A stretch of 32,000 nucleotides of DNA, from contig JACQJH010000002.1 of assembly GCA_016205145.1 (NCBI GenBank), positions 600,001-632,000 of the forward strand. The letters are read 5' to 3'. The notes below the pieces were generated by a model. The model saw only the letters and a list, made by a program, of their open reading frames with translations, was not told the origin of the DNA and ran no database searches. Positions 15,746 through 24,529 of this stretch are shown here, in pieces. Position 1 is the first letter of the stretch. The number at the start of each line of letters is the position of its first letter. Origin of the DNA: Candidatus Iainarchaeum sp. (lineage in GTDB: Archaea; Iainarchaeota; Iainarchaeia; Iainarchaeales; JACQJH01). The position numbers were made by a program, and so were the translations under genes.

Positions 15746-16819
15746 ATGCAAAGCAATGAAAAGTTCATGGCAATGTGCCTTGCCCTGGCGGAGAAGGGAA
15801 AGGGCTTCGTTTCCCCGAATCCCATTGTCGGATGCGTAATCGTGAAAAACGGAAAGGTTGCCGGAAAGGGCTTTCATGAAATTTTCGGCGGGGCGCACGC
15901 TGAAACAAATGCCTTGAAACAAGCCGGAAAAAAAGCGAAGGGCTCAACGCTTTACGTGAATTTGGAACCGTGCTGCCACTGGGGCAAGACCGGGCCGTGC
16001 ACAAAAGCCATAATTGCCGCCGGCGTGGAAACGGTTGTCATTGCAATGCAGGACCCGAACCCTAAAATTCGGGGCAACGGCATTGCGGAGCTTGTGGAAG
16101 CCGGTGTGAAAGTCGAGATCGGAGTGCTTGCGGAGCAGGCGGAAAAGCTGAATGAAAAATTCGTGAAATTCATGAAAACCGGAAAGCCGTTTGTCTGCCT
16201 GAAGCAGGCCCTTACGTCTGATGGAATGGTTTCGTGGGGAAACGGAAAGCGCAAAAGAATAAGTGGAAAGGAGAGCAGGGAACGGGCACTCGTCCTGAGA
16301 AACGGGTTTGACGCGATAATGGTCGGAATAAACACGGTGTTGAAGGACAATCCGAGGCTGACGCGCAGGTCGGGAAATTTTGCGGGGCAGATTTTCAGGA
16401 TAGTGCTTGACGCAAGGCTCAGGATTCCCTTGAATGCAAAAGTTTTCGGCTCGGACAAAAAAGCCATAATAGTGTGCGGGCAAAAAGCGGACAGGAAAAA
16501 GGAAAGGCTGCTGCAAAAAAAATGCGTTGTCCTGCGCGTGAAAAGCGGGAACGGGTTGATCAGCCTGAAAGAGCTGTTCAGCAGGCTTGGACGGATGGGA
16601 ATTTCAAGCGTCCTGGTTGAAGGCGGGCAGACACTGGCAAGCAGCATTCTTGCGGAAAACCTTGCAGACAATATTTGCTGGGTTGTCTCCAAAAAAAAAG
16701 CCGGGCCGGAAGGAAAATTTTTTGTTGACAAAAGAGTTGGCAGGCTCCGCCTGGAAAACGCGAACGTTTTCCTTCTCGGAAAGGACGCCGTGATTGAAGG
16801 CCGGCCTATTTCGGAGTGA
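15746..16819 (+). CDS. ribD: Bifunctional riboflavin biosynthesis protein RibD (pyrimidine deaminase plus reductase), bacterial-type fusion
   Basis: Deaminase part: MAMCLALAEKGKGFVSPNPIVGCVIV..GKV.G.GFH...GGAHAETNAL...LYVNLEPCCHWGKTGPCT (H-A-E and PC..C zinc site). Reductase part: LKQALTSDGMV...LRNGFDAIMVGINTVLKDNPRLT.R. Confidence 0.85.
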   Translation: MQSNEKFMAMCLALAEKGKGFVSPNPIVGCVIVKNGKVAGKGFHEIFGGAHAETNALKQAGKKAKGSTLYVNLEPCCHWGKTGPCTKAIIAAGVETVVIAMQDPNPKIRGNGIAELVEAGVKVEIGVLAEQAEKLNEKFVKFMKTGKPFVCLKQALTSDGMVSWGNGKRKRISGKESRERALVLRNGFDAIMVGINTVLKDNPRLTRRSGNFAGQIFRIVLDARLRIPLNAKVFGSDKKAIIVCGQKADRKKERLLQKKCVVLRVKSGNGLISLKELFSRLGRMGISSVLVEGGQTLASSILAENLADNICWVVSKKKAGPEGKFFVDKRVGRLRLENANVFLLGKDAVIEGRPISE

Positions 16820-17873
16820 ACGCGATCCCTTCAACCGAAATTTTCGCAGGACAGTCTTTTTCGCCTTCAACTGAAAATTTCACGCCAAGCATCCGCTCGG
16901 CAATCAAGATGTTTGTGAGGGTGTGGCTTGAAAGGCTTGAGCAGAAAATCTGGCTTTTACCCTTTGCGAGGGCCATGAACGGAATGAGCTGGTCGGCAAG
17001 GTGCGAATCGACCGGTGCCTTCGGAGAAAGCTCCGCGAGAAGGCTTTCAGCCGCGCTTTTTCCCACGGAATCGGATGAATTTTTCCTGTCAGCGAGGCAG
17101 GAACAGCCGACAGCCGGAGTCGAATCAAAAAACGCAAAAATCGAGATGCCGGAACCGGTTGTTTCCCTGCTTTGCTGGTTCCACTCCACGCGCTCGTCGA
17201 AATCGAACCAGCCGAGCTTTTCGAGCAAAACGCTTTTTGCGGACAAAAACTGCGAATTTGAAACCTCCTTGGGAAAACCCGAGGAGTGGGAAAAAAACTT
17301 TATGTACTTCATTTCGGACGGCCCGAGGAAAACGATTTTTTTGAGCGGCCATTTGGCTTCCTTTGACGCGAACGAAATCCTGCCGTTGCCCTTCGGGTAA
17401 TAGCCGCGCTGTACAAGGTTGACCTCAAAAAAAGCGTTCATCTGCCGCAATGCGGGAAAAAGCGCTTCCCTCAGGTAGTCGACGGGCGGCGAAAAGGGCA
17501 CATCCGTTCCGCCCATGACGCGCAAGCCGGTTTCAGCGGCCATTGCGGCAGGCAGGATTGTGTGCAGGAGCAGGGAACAGCTGCCCGCTGTGCCGATGTT
17601 GGCTGCAAGCTTCGCCGGAACGATTTTGCCGGGAGAGAATTTCAGCGAAGTGCTGCCGATTTTTGCCCCATCAACCTTGGCGTTGCAGAGCTCTGCCAGC
17701 ACCTGCACTGATGTGAGGTGCTGCGGCATCAGGCCCGGCTTCGGCCTGTTCTTGCGGATGTTTGAAAGCTCAACCGGCTTTTGCAGCAAGGCCGACAGGC
17801 CAAGCGCCGTGCGCAGCGTCTGCCCGCCGCCTTCGCCGGCCGACGCATCAATCGCAATTGGTTCGTCTGGCAT
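16806..17873 (-). CDS. rtcA: RNA 3'-terminal phosphate cyclase
   Basis: IDASAGEGGGQTLRTALGLSALLQKPVELSNIRKNRPKPGLMPQHLTSV is the RtcA N-terminal signature. 355 aa. It converges on ribD with a 14-nt overlap. Confidence 0.88.
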   Translation of the reverse strand: MPDEPIAIDASAGEGGGQTLRTALGLSALLQKPVELSNIRKNRPKPGLMPQHLTSVQVLAELCNAKVDGAKIGSTSLKFSPGKIVPAKLAANIGTAGSCSLLLHTILPAAMAAETGLRVMGGTDVPFSPPVDYLREALFPALRQMNAFFEVNLVQRGYYPKGNGRISFASKEAKWPLKKIVFLGPSEMKYIKFFSHSSGFPKEVSNSQFLSAKSVLLEKLGWFDFDERVEWNQQSRETTGSGISIFAFFDSTPAVGCSCLADRKNSSDSVGKSAAESLLAELSPKAPVDSHLADQLIPFMALAKGKSQIFCSSLSSHTLTNILIAERMLGVKFSVEGEKDCPAKISVEGIAFTPK

Positions 17874-17929
17874 AAACTAAGTCTTTTTGCGGAAAATAGT
17901 TTAAGAAGGTTTGCGCCGAAAAGATAGCT

Positions 17930-18835
17930 ATGAATGTTCTGGTCACCGGAAGCTCGGGCATGATCGGCAAAATGCTTTGCGCGGAACTCCGCGGAAAAGG
18001 CCACAGGGTGCGGGGCTTCTCAAGGCGCGAAGGCTGCGACATACTCAAAAAAGAGGACTGTGAAAAAGCCGTGAAAGGTGCGGACGCCGTCTACCATTGC
18101 GCCGCAATACTCGAAGAGGATGACAGCAGACTGTTCGATGTCAATGTGAAGGGCACGGAAAACCTTTTGGAGGCAAGCGCCAAAGCCAGGATAAGGCATT
18201 TCGTTTTTTTGAGTTCGGTCGGGGTTTACGGGAACTCCGAGGAAAAGCTTGGCGAGGACAGTGCTTTTGCCCCGGCAACGCCTTACGAGAAAAGCAAGGC
18301 GGAAGCAGAAAAAACAGTGCAAACCTATCTTGAAGTTTTGCCCATAACCATTGTCAGGCCGCCGATAGTAATTGGCCCGAACAGCTATTGGCGCAGAATC
18401 ATAAAGCTTATTGAAGACGGCTTTCCGATTGTCGGCGGCGGAAACAACAAATGGCAGACGATTTACGTGAAAGACCTTGTTTCATTCCTCGTCTTCATAC
18501 TCGGAAAAGACGAAGTCATAGGCGAAACCTATGTTGTCGCGGGACAGGATGCGCCCACCCTTAAGGAGCTGTGCGAAATAGTGAAACGGGAGAAAAAAAG
18601 CGCAAAGAAAAACCCAAGCGTGCCGTTTGCCGTCGGAATGCTTGTCGGAACAATTTCTGACATCGCGTCAAGGATAACCGGGAAAAAATCGCTTGTGGGC
18701 AAACACAACATCGTGCGCCTTGTAAAAAACAGGCATTACGACATTTCAAAGGCGCTCGCGTTGGGATGGAAGCCGGAGTATTCGACAGAGCAGGCACTGC
18801 ATGAAACCATTGCGTCATTCAACCAGCAGGCATAG
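17930..18835 (+). CDS. NAD-dependent epimerase/dehydratase (extended SDR)
   Basis: It has VLVTGSSGMIGKML (GxxGxxG), the YEKSKAEAE catalytic YxxxK, and is 301 aa long. Confidence 0.8.
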   Translation: MNVLVTGSSGMIGKMLCAELRGKGHRVRGFSRREGCDILKKEDCEKAVKGADAVYHCAAILEEDDSRLFDVNVKGTENLLEASAKARIRHFVFLSSVGVYGNSEEKLGEDSAFAPATPYEKSKAEAEKTVQTYLEVLPITIVRPPIVIGPNSYWRRIIKLIEDGFPIVGGGNNKWQTIYVKDLVSFLVFILGKDEVIGETYVVAGQDAPTLKELCEIVKREKKSAKKNPSVPFAVGMLVGTISDIASRITGKKSLVGKHNIVRLVKNRHYDISKALALGWKPEYSTEQALHETIASFNQQA

Positions 18836-19358
18836 TGCGCCTTTTTGCGCGGGCATGCGCATCATTTGCATTTGACATTAGACTTTGAACCCTGTTTTGG
18901 CCGACCTCGAAAAGGTATGGGAGAAAAGCTTCCGGCACCGCCTTTGTGGCGTGGTCAAGGGCATAAATCACGCCTTGCTTGCTTGACGCGCCGTCAATCA
19001 ATTCCAGGATTTCCGATACATGCTGCCTTGCCCTGCCAAGCTCGCCCGTCCGTTCAAGCTCGGCAGCCTCTGCCCCTGCGAATTCAAGCTCTTTGAATGC
19101 GCTTGGAAAATTCCGGTGAACGCCAAAACCCCTTGCTGACGACAAGGCGCGCCCAGCCTCCGTCTGCGAGCCGAAAATTATTCTATTATGCCAGCCCCCA
19201 AGCCCGGCACGCAAAACGCTGTCCTGCGGCCTCGCGTCAAGCTGCGCTTCAACCCAGAGAATGCCGTTCGGTTCGCGCAAAACAAGGCGCGGCGCACGCT
19301 CTTTCCGGCGCAGGAAAGGAAGACCGGCAACAAAATCACGCAACCGTTTTATTGGCAT
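18819..19358 (-). CDS. Hypothetical protein (~179 aa)
   Basis: It is the only long ORF in the 540-nt gap between the epimerase and GGGPS genes. I prefer the ATG at 19358 (MPIKRLRDFVAGLPF...) because the track start at 19403 would overlap the GGGPS 3' end. I recognise no family. Confidence 0.5.
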   Translation of the reverse strand: MPIKRLRDFVAGLPFLRRKERAPRLVLREPNGILWVEAQLDARPQDSVLRAGLGGWHNRIIFGSQTEAGRALSSARGFGVHRNFPSAFKELEFAGAEAAELERTGELGRARQHVSEILELIDGASSKQGVIYALDHATKAVPEAFLPYLFEVGQNRVQSLMSNANDAHARAKRRTMPAG

Positions 19359-19374
19359 AAAACATTCCGCGCGG

Positions 19375-20154
19375 CTATCTTTTTTCCTTTCCGGCTTTCG
19401 CAACCGCTCTTGCTATTTCGGACAAGGTTTTTTCCGCCTGGGAAACATTGCCGTTGACTTTTTCAAGAGCCGAGCCGACATGGATTATGTCGGCGCCCGC
19501 CCTGATTGTTTCATACGCGAACTTGGGGTTGCGGACTCCGCCGGCCACAATCAGCGGAACGTCAATGGTTTTTTTCACCAAAGAAACCATTTCAGGCGGA
19601 GCCGGAGAATCAGCGCCCCCGCCGGATTCAAGGATTACCAGCCTGGAACCCATGAACTGCCCGCCCAAGGCTGTTGCGGCGGCAAGGTATGGAATGTTGC
19701 GCGGAATTGCCTGCGCCCTGCCGACCCAGCCGACCGCTCTTCCAGGTTCGACAATGATGTAAGAAGTCGGAATGGGTTCGAGGCCGAGATTTTTAATCGG
19801 AAACGAGGAAGCGATCTGCGCGCCCGAAATGTAATACGGGTCAAGCGAATTGAGCATCGACATGAAATAAATCGCGTCAGCGTATTTTGAGACCGTCGCA
19901 ATGTTGCCCGGAAAGATTATGACGGGCAGGGAACAGTTTTCCTTCAACGCAATTATGGACTTGTCCAGGAGTTCGCCTTGCGCCCCGACCGAGCCGCCCA
20001 CTGCAAAAGCGTCAATTCCTGCACGCTCGGCGGCCTTCGCCACCTGCGCGGCCTGTTCAAGCGAATACTTCGGCGGGTCGAACTGAATGAAAGCCAGGCC
20101 GCCCTTTTCGCCGATAAGCCTGAGAATGTTCTGGTAAACCTTTCCATCCTTCAT
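19375..20154 (-). CDS. Geranylgeranylglyceryl phosphate synthase (GGGPS/PcrB family)
   Basis: AFIQFDPPK...GIDAFAVGGS...LPVIIFPGN...YFMSMLNS.DPYYI.GAQ...LESGGGA...PLIVAGGVR is the TIM-barrel GGGPS pattern. This is the archaeal ether-lipid enzyme. Confidence 0.88.
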   Translation of the reverse strand: MKDGKVYQNILRLIGEKGGLAFIQFDPPKYSLEQAAQVAKAAERAGIDAFAVGGSVGAQGELLDKSIIALKENCSLPVIIFPGNIATVSKYADAIYFMSMLNSLDPYYISGAQIASSFPIKNLGLEPIPTSYIIVEPGRAVGWVGRAQAIPRNIPYLAAATALGGQFMGSRLVILESGGGADSPAPPEMVSLVKKTIDVPLIVAGGVRNPKFAYETIRAGADIIHVGSALEKVNGNVSQAEKTLSEIARAVAKAGKEKR

Positions 20155-20390
20155 GCAATCACTGCAAGATTAAGGCAAAATCGCAAATAAAAATGTTGGC
20201 TTTGCGGGGTAGTGATAAAAAGTATAATAACCTAAAAGCATTTTCAGTCATGTGACGAAAAGGCAAATGATGGCATGCAAGCGCGATTCTTTAAAAAAAA
20301 GGTTTGTGGAATGTGTTTTCATATGCCGGCTAATTTGTTTTACGGTGGCAGAACTTGATAATATTTGAAGTCAGGCACAATCCGGACAGA

Positions 20391-21155
20391 ATGCGGACAC
20401 ACGAACCGCATTTGGACATTGTCAGAAAGGCCTGGGGCGAGCCGGGCGGCGAAGCGGATATTGCGTGGCGGGGGGCGGTCAGCAAGCCTTGGTGGAAGGG
20501 TGGCGGAACAGACACTATTGAATACCAGGTTCTCAGAAACAGCCCGCAAATAGCCTCGCCGAACAAGGAACGCTTTGTGTTTGCGATTATTAGGCGCGAT
20601 CAGGACAGCAGACGGCCGATAATGGATATCGTTGCATACCCTCAAATTGAACATCTAGACACATTGGCTGAAGCATCAAGAAACAGGTGGTCACGCGGGC
20701 CGAGTGACCTATATCCGCACGCCTTGGGGGTTGTTCGCCTTAAAGAAAGCTATATTTTTGACGAATCACTCTTTGGTGACCAAATTCCGGTAAAAGGGGG
20801 CGATACCCGATTCAACAGGAATTCGCAATGCCTTAGCTTACAGTTGGCACAAGCAAATTATAAAACCAAAAAAAAATCCGAAAAAGGCGAAACTGGGAAT
20901 TTAGACAGGGGGCTTGGCAGGTATTACCATCATTGGCGGCTGGCCGCGGTTGAAACCGCAATCAAAATTGCTAGAGAGCAAAATAAGCCGCTTTTCATTA
21001 AAAAATTACTTTTTAGGTCTAGTCAGGAAATAAATCCAAACGAACCAATGACGCTCAAACCGCAGCTTTATGAGGAAATCTTACAGGCAGCCACAAACGC
21101 CGGTGCAATAGTGGCTGAAAATGAAACAAGCATGATAATTTATTATTCTGAATAA
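20391..21155 (+). CDS. Hypothetical protein (~254-266 aa)
   Basis: A long ORF (TTG at 20355 or ATG at 20391). I recognise no motif. The 3' half has noticeably lower G+C (hand counts about 33-48% per 60 nt). Confidence 0.5.
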   Translation: MRTHEPHLDIVRKAWGEPGGEADIAWRGAVSKPWWKGGGTDTIEYQVLRNSPQIASPNKERFVFAIIRRDQDSRRPIMDIVAYPQIEHLDTLAEASRNRWSRGPSDLYPHALGVVRLKESYIFDESLFGDQIPVKGGDTRFNRNSQCLSLQLAQANYKTKKKSEKGETGNLDRGLGRYYHHWRLAAVETAIKIAREQNKPLFIKKLLFRSSQEINPNEPMTLKPQLYEEILQAATNAGAIVAENETSMIIYYSE

Positions 21156-21164
21156 AAAAACATC

Positions 21165-21848
21165 TCAAATTTGAAGAATCTGCAGAGCAGATTCTATATT
21201 TTCCTTCTGGTTTCCTTTGAAAGGCGGTCCATGGCCCGAAAGCAGGGTTTCGAAGTCAAGCCTTGCAAGCTTTTCAAGCGAGGCAATCATTGTCTTGCGG
21301 TCCGAGCCGGGAAGGTCGACCCTTCCGGAACAGCCCTCGAACAAGGCGTCGCCGGAAAACAAAAGCTTGCGCTTTTTTTCGAAAAATGAAAGGCTGCCAA
21401 GAGCATGGCCGGGCGTGGCAATCACTTCAAGCGAAAAACCGTTTACTTTCAGGATGTCGCCTTCGGAAAGCGTTTTTTGCACAAAAGCCTTTTCCTTCGA
21501 GCCCACGATTTTTGCGTGCGTGAACTCGACCATGTTTTCGTTGATGATTTTTTGGCAGGGCGCGGAAGCGAAGAATCCGGCTTTCGAAAAAAGCTTGGCC
21601 GCTGAAAAATGATCGGCGTGCTCGTGCGAGAAAAAAACGCGTGAAACGCTTTCCGGCGCAACGGAGATTTCGGCGAGCGCGGAGCGGAATGCGATTATAT
21701 TCTGTTCCGAACTGGTGTCGATGAGGCAGTTTTCCTTTCCCTTGAAAACGTAGGCGTTCGAGCCGAACCGCGGCGGATGGAAGGCGAAAAGGCCGTCAAG
21801 GATTTCTTCAAGCATGGCCGGCATGACGGATTTGGGCGGGAAAACCAA
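21165..21848 (-). CDS. Metallo-beta-lactamase-fold hydrolase (glyoxalase II-like)
   Basis: It has the FFSHEHADHFSAA (HxHxDH) motif, TPGHALGS, and a late D plus H (GDALF..., SGHG). Possible starts are TTG 21848, ATG 21824 or ATG 21815. Confidence 0.8.
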   Translation of the reverse strand: MVFPPKSVMPAMLEEILDGLFAFHPPRFGSNAYVFKGKENCLIDTSSEQNIIAFRSALAEISVAPESVSRVFFSHEHADHFSAAKLFSKAGFFASAPCQKIINENMVEFTHAKIVGSKEKAFVQKTLSEGDILKVNGFSLEVIATPGHALGSLSFFEKKRKLLFSGDALFEGCSGRVDLPGSDRKTMIASLEKLARLDFETLLSGHGPPFKGNQKENIESALQILQI

Positions 21849-21874
21849 TTAATAATCTTCGCTGGAAGAATGGT

Positions 21875-23191
21875 TTGGGGTTTGGCTTGGACTTGGAGAA
21901 TGCGGAGGAGATAATCGCCAAGATTGCCTCGGAGTCGGGCAGGCCGGACAGCGAAATCCGCGAACTCGTTGAAAAGAAAAAGGCGAAATTTTCGGGCCTG
22001 CTCACCGATGCCGGCGCGGCTTTCATGATTGCAAAGGAGCTTGACGTGAACATCGGCGTTGAATCAGCGCTGGCGAAAAAGAACAAGATAGCGAACCTGC
22101 GCGAGGGCATGAGCAACATCGACCTGCTTGTCAGGGTATTGCAGGTTTTTCCCCAGAAAGAGTTTGAAAAAGCCGGAAAGAAAGGAGTGCTCTGCAACCT
22201 TGTTGTCGGCGATGAAACCGGCGAAGTGCGGCTTACGCTTTGGCATGGCGACGTGAAAAAGCTTGCGGAAAAAAACGTGAAAAAAGGCGATGTCCTGCTT
22301 TTGAAGAACTGCTTTGTTTCAAGCTTCAACCAGAAAAAACAGGTGGGCTTAGGCTACGGCGGCGAATTTTTCCTTGAAAAGGACGACGGAACGCTTCCGA
22401 AAACGGAATGCAATGCGAAAAAGATTGACGAGCTGTCCGACGGCCTCAACGATGTCAGCGTTGTCGGCAGGATCGGCAGGATTTTTCCCGTGAAGGAATT
22501 TGAGCGCGAGGGGAGCACCGGAAAGGTTGCTAACTTCGAGTTCTTTGATGCTGGCGGGAAAATCCGCGCCACTGCCTGGAACGATTCTGTTTTGCAGATT
22601 GAAGGAAAGGAAGGAAAGGTCGTAAGGCTCGACGGCGCCTACACCAAAAAGGGTTTGCGCGGCGTGGAACTGCACCTCGGCTGGAGGGCAACTGTTTCGG
22701 AAGCTGATGAAAAAGCAGCCGGAATACCTAAGGAAGCGGAAGCCGAAAGCAAAAGCAGCCGGAAAAAGCTTGCGGAAATGGCTGAGGGCGACAGGTTCGT
22801 GGAAGCCAAAGCAAAAATAGCCGAAGTTCTGGATGGAAGGCTCTTTTTCAACGCCTGCCCGAAATGCGGGGCAAAGGCAACGCTGCTGGATGAAAAATTC
22901 GTGTGCGACAAATGCGGCGAAGTCGAGCCGAAAAAAAATGCCGTGCTGAGCATAATGCTTGACGACACAAGCCGCCAGATGCCTGCAACCTTTTTCGGCG
23001 AACAGGCACTGCAATTGCTCGGCTTGGACCAGGACGATTTCGAGGCCTTGCTTGAAGCTGAAACCGTGGAACAAAACCTGAAGAATTTTTCCGAAAAGCT
23101 CGATGGAAAAGAAATCATTGTGCGCGGATACGTTCGCAAAAACAATTATTCCGGCGAAAATGAGCTTGTCGCGAAGGAAGTTCAAAAATAG
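21875..23191 (+). CDS. rpa: Replication protein A (ssDNA-binding, multi-OB fold with C4 zinc finger)
   Basis: The N-terminal segment IIAKIASESGRPDSEIRELVEKKKAKFSGLLTDAGAAFMIAKEL is followed by OB-fold signatures (LLVRVLQVFP..EF.....G.L.NLVVGDETGEVRLTLW, repeated). The zinc finger is CPKCGAK...CDKCG. The exact TTG start is uncertain (21875, 21887 or 21893). Confidence 0.85.
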   Translation: MGFGLDLENAEEIIAKIASESGRPDSEIRELVEKKKAKFSGLLTDAGAAFMIAKELDVNIGVESALAKKNKIANLREGMSNIDLLVRVLQVFPQKEFEKAGKKGVLCNLVVGDETGEVRLTLWHGDVKKLAEKNVKKGDVLLLKNCFVSSFNQKKQVGLGYGGEFFLEKDDGTLPKTECNAKKIDELSDGLNDVSVVGRIGRIFPVKEFEREGSTGKVANFEFFDAGGKIRATAWNDSVLQIEGKEGKVVRLDGAYTKKGLRGVELHLGWRATVSEADEKAAGIPKEAEAESKSSRKKLAEMAEGDRFVEAKAKIAEVLDGRLFFNACPKCGAKATLLDEKFVCDKCGEVEPKKNAVLSIMLDDTSRQMPATFFGEQALQLLGLDQDDFEALLEAETVEQNLKNFSEKLDGKEIIVRGYVRKNNYSGENELVAKEVQK

Positions 23192-23199
23192 CTTACTCG

Positions 23200-23250
23200 G
23201 CCATTGCAACAGCAATGGCATTAGTTCGTACCCGCCGGACGCGACGGCGG
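23200..23250 (+). other. Two consecutive perfect stem-loops after the rpa stop (GCCATTGC-aaca-GCAATGGC; CCGCCG-gacgcga-CGGCGG)
   Basis: Read directly. The first shares the AACA loop and the stop-proximal position with the hairpin at 1512-1535. Confidence 0.4.
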
Positions 23251-23376
23251 TCAGGGGAAACACACCCTAAAAAGCCATTTAAAAAGCAAAAATTATTGTA
23301 GTTGTCATCGGCCCGGCCAAGAGGAAAGGCAACCAAAAGCCTGTTCCCCGCAAACCCGGAGCCAGGAGATGGGACA

Positions 23377-24336
23377 ATGGGAAAAGACAGCAAAAGCGAG
23401 ATAAAATCTATTGAGGATTTGCCCGGGGTGGGGCCGCAAAGCGCGGAAAAGCTTATTTCTGCCGGCTATGCCACGTTGGAGGGAATTGCGGTTGCATCGC
23501 CAGCCGAACTCGTGGAAGCGGCCGGCCTTGGAGAGGCGACTGCCGCAAAAGTAATCAAGGCCGCGAGGGATGCCCTTGAAATGGGCTTTGAAAGCGCGGA
23601 CGTTCTCGCAGAAAAAAGAAAGCTTGTCGGAAAGCTGACAACCGGCAGCAAGGAAGTTGACAACCTGATCGGCGGGGGCATTGAAACGCAGAGCATAACC
23701 GAAGTTTACGGAAAATTCGCTTCGGGAAAAACGCAGTGGTGCTTCGAGACAGCCGTAACTTGCCAGCTGCCGAAAGACCAGGGCGGACTGGAAGGAAACT
23801 GCCTTTACATTGACTCTGAAAATTCTTTCAGGCCTGAGCGCGTCATAAGCGTTGCGCAGAGGTTCGGCCTGGACGAAAACGAGGTGCTCAAAAACATTTT
23901 TGTTGCACGCGCATACAATGCAGACCACCAGATGCTTTTGGCTGAAAAGGCGTCGGAAATGGTCAAGGAAAAAAACATCAGGCTTGTCATCGTCGATTCC
24001 CTGACAGCGCAGTTCAGGTCCGAATTCATCGGCAGGGGACAGCTTGCAGGCAGGCAGCAAAAGCTCAACAAGCACATGAGAACATTGCAGAAGCTGGCCG
24101 AAATGAGCAATGTCGTGGTGCTGGTGACAAACCAGGTCATGGAACGGCCGGACATTCTCTTCGGCGACCCGACAGCGCCTGTTGGCGGCAATGTTGTCGG
24201 CCATGCATCCAAGACAAGGATTTATCTGAGGAAAAGCAAGGACGACAAGCGCGTTGCCAAACTCGTCGACTCGCCTTCGCTGCCGGACGGGGAAGCCATT
24301 TACAGGGTAACGGAAAAGGGGCTGGAGGACATTTAA
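23377..24336 (+). CDS. radA: DNA repair and recombination protein RadA
   Basis: The HhH N-domain is IEDLPGVGPQSAEKLISAGYATLEGIAVASPAEL. Walker A is GKFASGKTQ, Walker B is LVIVDSLTAQFR, and LVTNQV follows. The ATG at 23377 is preceded by AGGAG. Confidence 0.92.
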   Translation: MGKDSKSEIKSIEDLPGVGPQSAEKLISAGYATLEGIAVASPAELVEAAGLGEATAAKVIKAARDALEMGFESADVLAEKRKLVGKLTTGSKEVDNLIGGGIETQSITEVYGKFASGKTQWCFETAVTCQLPKDQGGLEGNCLYIDSENSFRPERVISVAQRFGLDENEVLKNIFVARAYNADHQMLLAEKASEMVKEKNIRLVIVDSLTAQFRSEFIGRGQLAGRQQKLNKHMRTLQKLAEMSNVVVLVTNQVMERPDILFGDPTAPVGGNVVGHASKTRIYLRKSKDDKRVAKLVDSPSLPDGEAIYRVTEKGLEDI

Positions 24337-24393
24337 GTCCTCTCCCTGCAATCAGGGAAAAAATCTAATAACAGGTTAAACTGCAATCCTTTT

Positions 24394-24510
24394 ATGCCTG
24401 AATCCGAAGGCAGAAAACTGAAATGCATTGCCTGCGGCGAGGAAATGCTTGAAGTGCACTGCAAAAGCGTGTGCCGCAAATGCGGGGCAATGGTTGATTG
24501 CAGCGACTGA
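24394..24510 (+). CDS. Small zinc-ribbon protein (38 aa), below the ORF-track cutoff
   Basis: My translation is MPESEGRKLKCIACGEEMLEVHCKSVCRKCGAMVDCSD. It has CxxC...CxxC pairs at C11/C14 and C27/C30. Coding status is unproven. Confidence 0.4.
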   Translation: MPESEGRKLKCIACGEEMLEVHCKSVCRKCGAMVDCSD

Positions 24511-24529
24511 ATAAGCAGATGCATTAAGC

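Noticed and set aside
15709-15825. N-terminal extensions implied by the longest-ORF track. These are 15709-15825 for the orphan, 840-896 for rnp4, 4054-4113 for rplX, 23302-23376 for radA, 19359-19403 for the 18819 ORF and 15728-15745 for ribD.
   Set aside because: The extensions overlap neighbouring genes or promoter-like AT blocks, and they encode hydrophobic or odd residues not found in orthologues. Internal ATGs with upstream GGTG/AGGAG motifs give N-termini that match family consensus.
20267-20368. 33-aa Cys-containing ORF (MMACKRDSLKKRFVECVFICRLICFTVAELDNI) in the AT-rich gap upstream of the 20355-21155 gene
   Set aside because: There is no CxxC pairing and no SD. It overlaps the possible TTG start of the downstream gene and is too short to support without conservation data.
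23700-23730. RadA Walker A reads GKFASGKTQ rather than the usual GEFGSGKTQ
   Set aside because: The P-loop core GxxxxGKT is intact and the rest of the protein is canonical. This is probably just lineage variation.
23305-24351. 348-aa ORF exactly antisense to radA. Similar long mirror ORFs lie at 29465-30487 (antisense to RSH), 3897-4832, 1566-2462, 22349-23263 and 15952-16731.
   Set aside because: The sense-strand genes have unmistakable family motifs. The antisense products are Arg/Phe/Leu-rich with no motifs. Long shadow ORFs are expected opposite genes that avoid TTA, CTA and TCA codons. I saw no independent promoter or SD signals.
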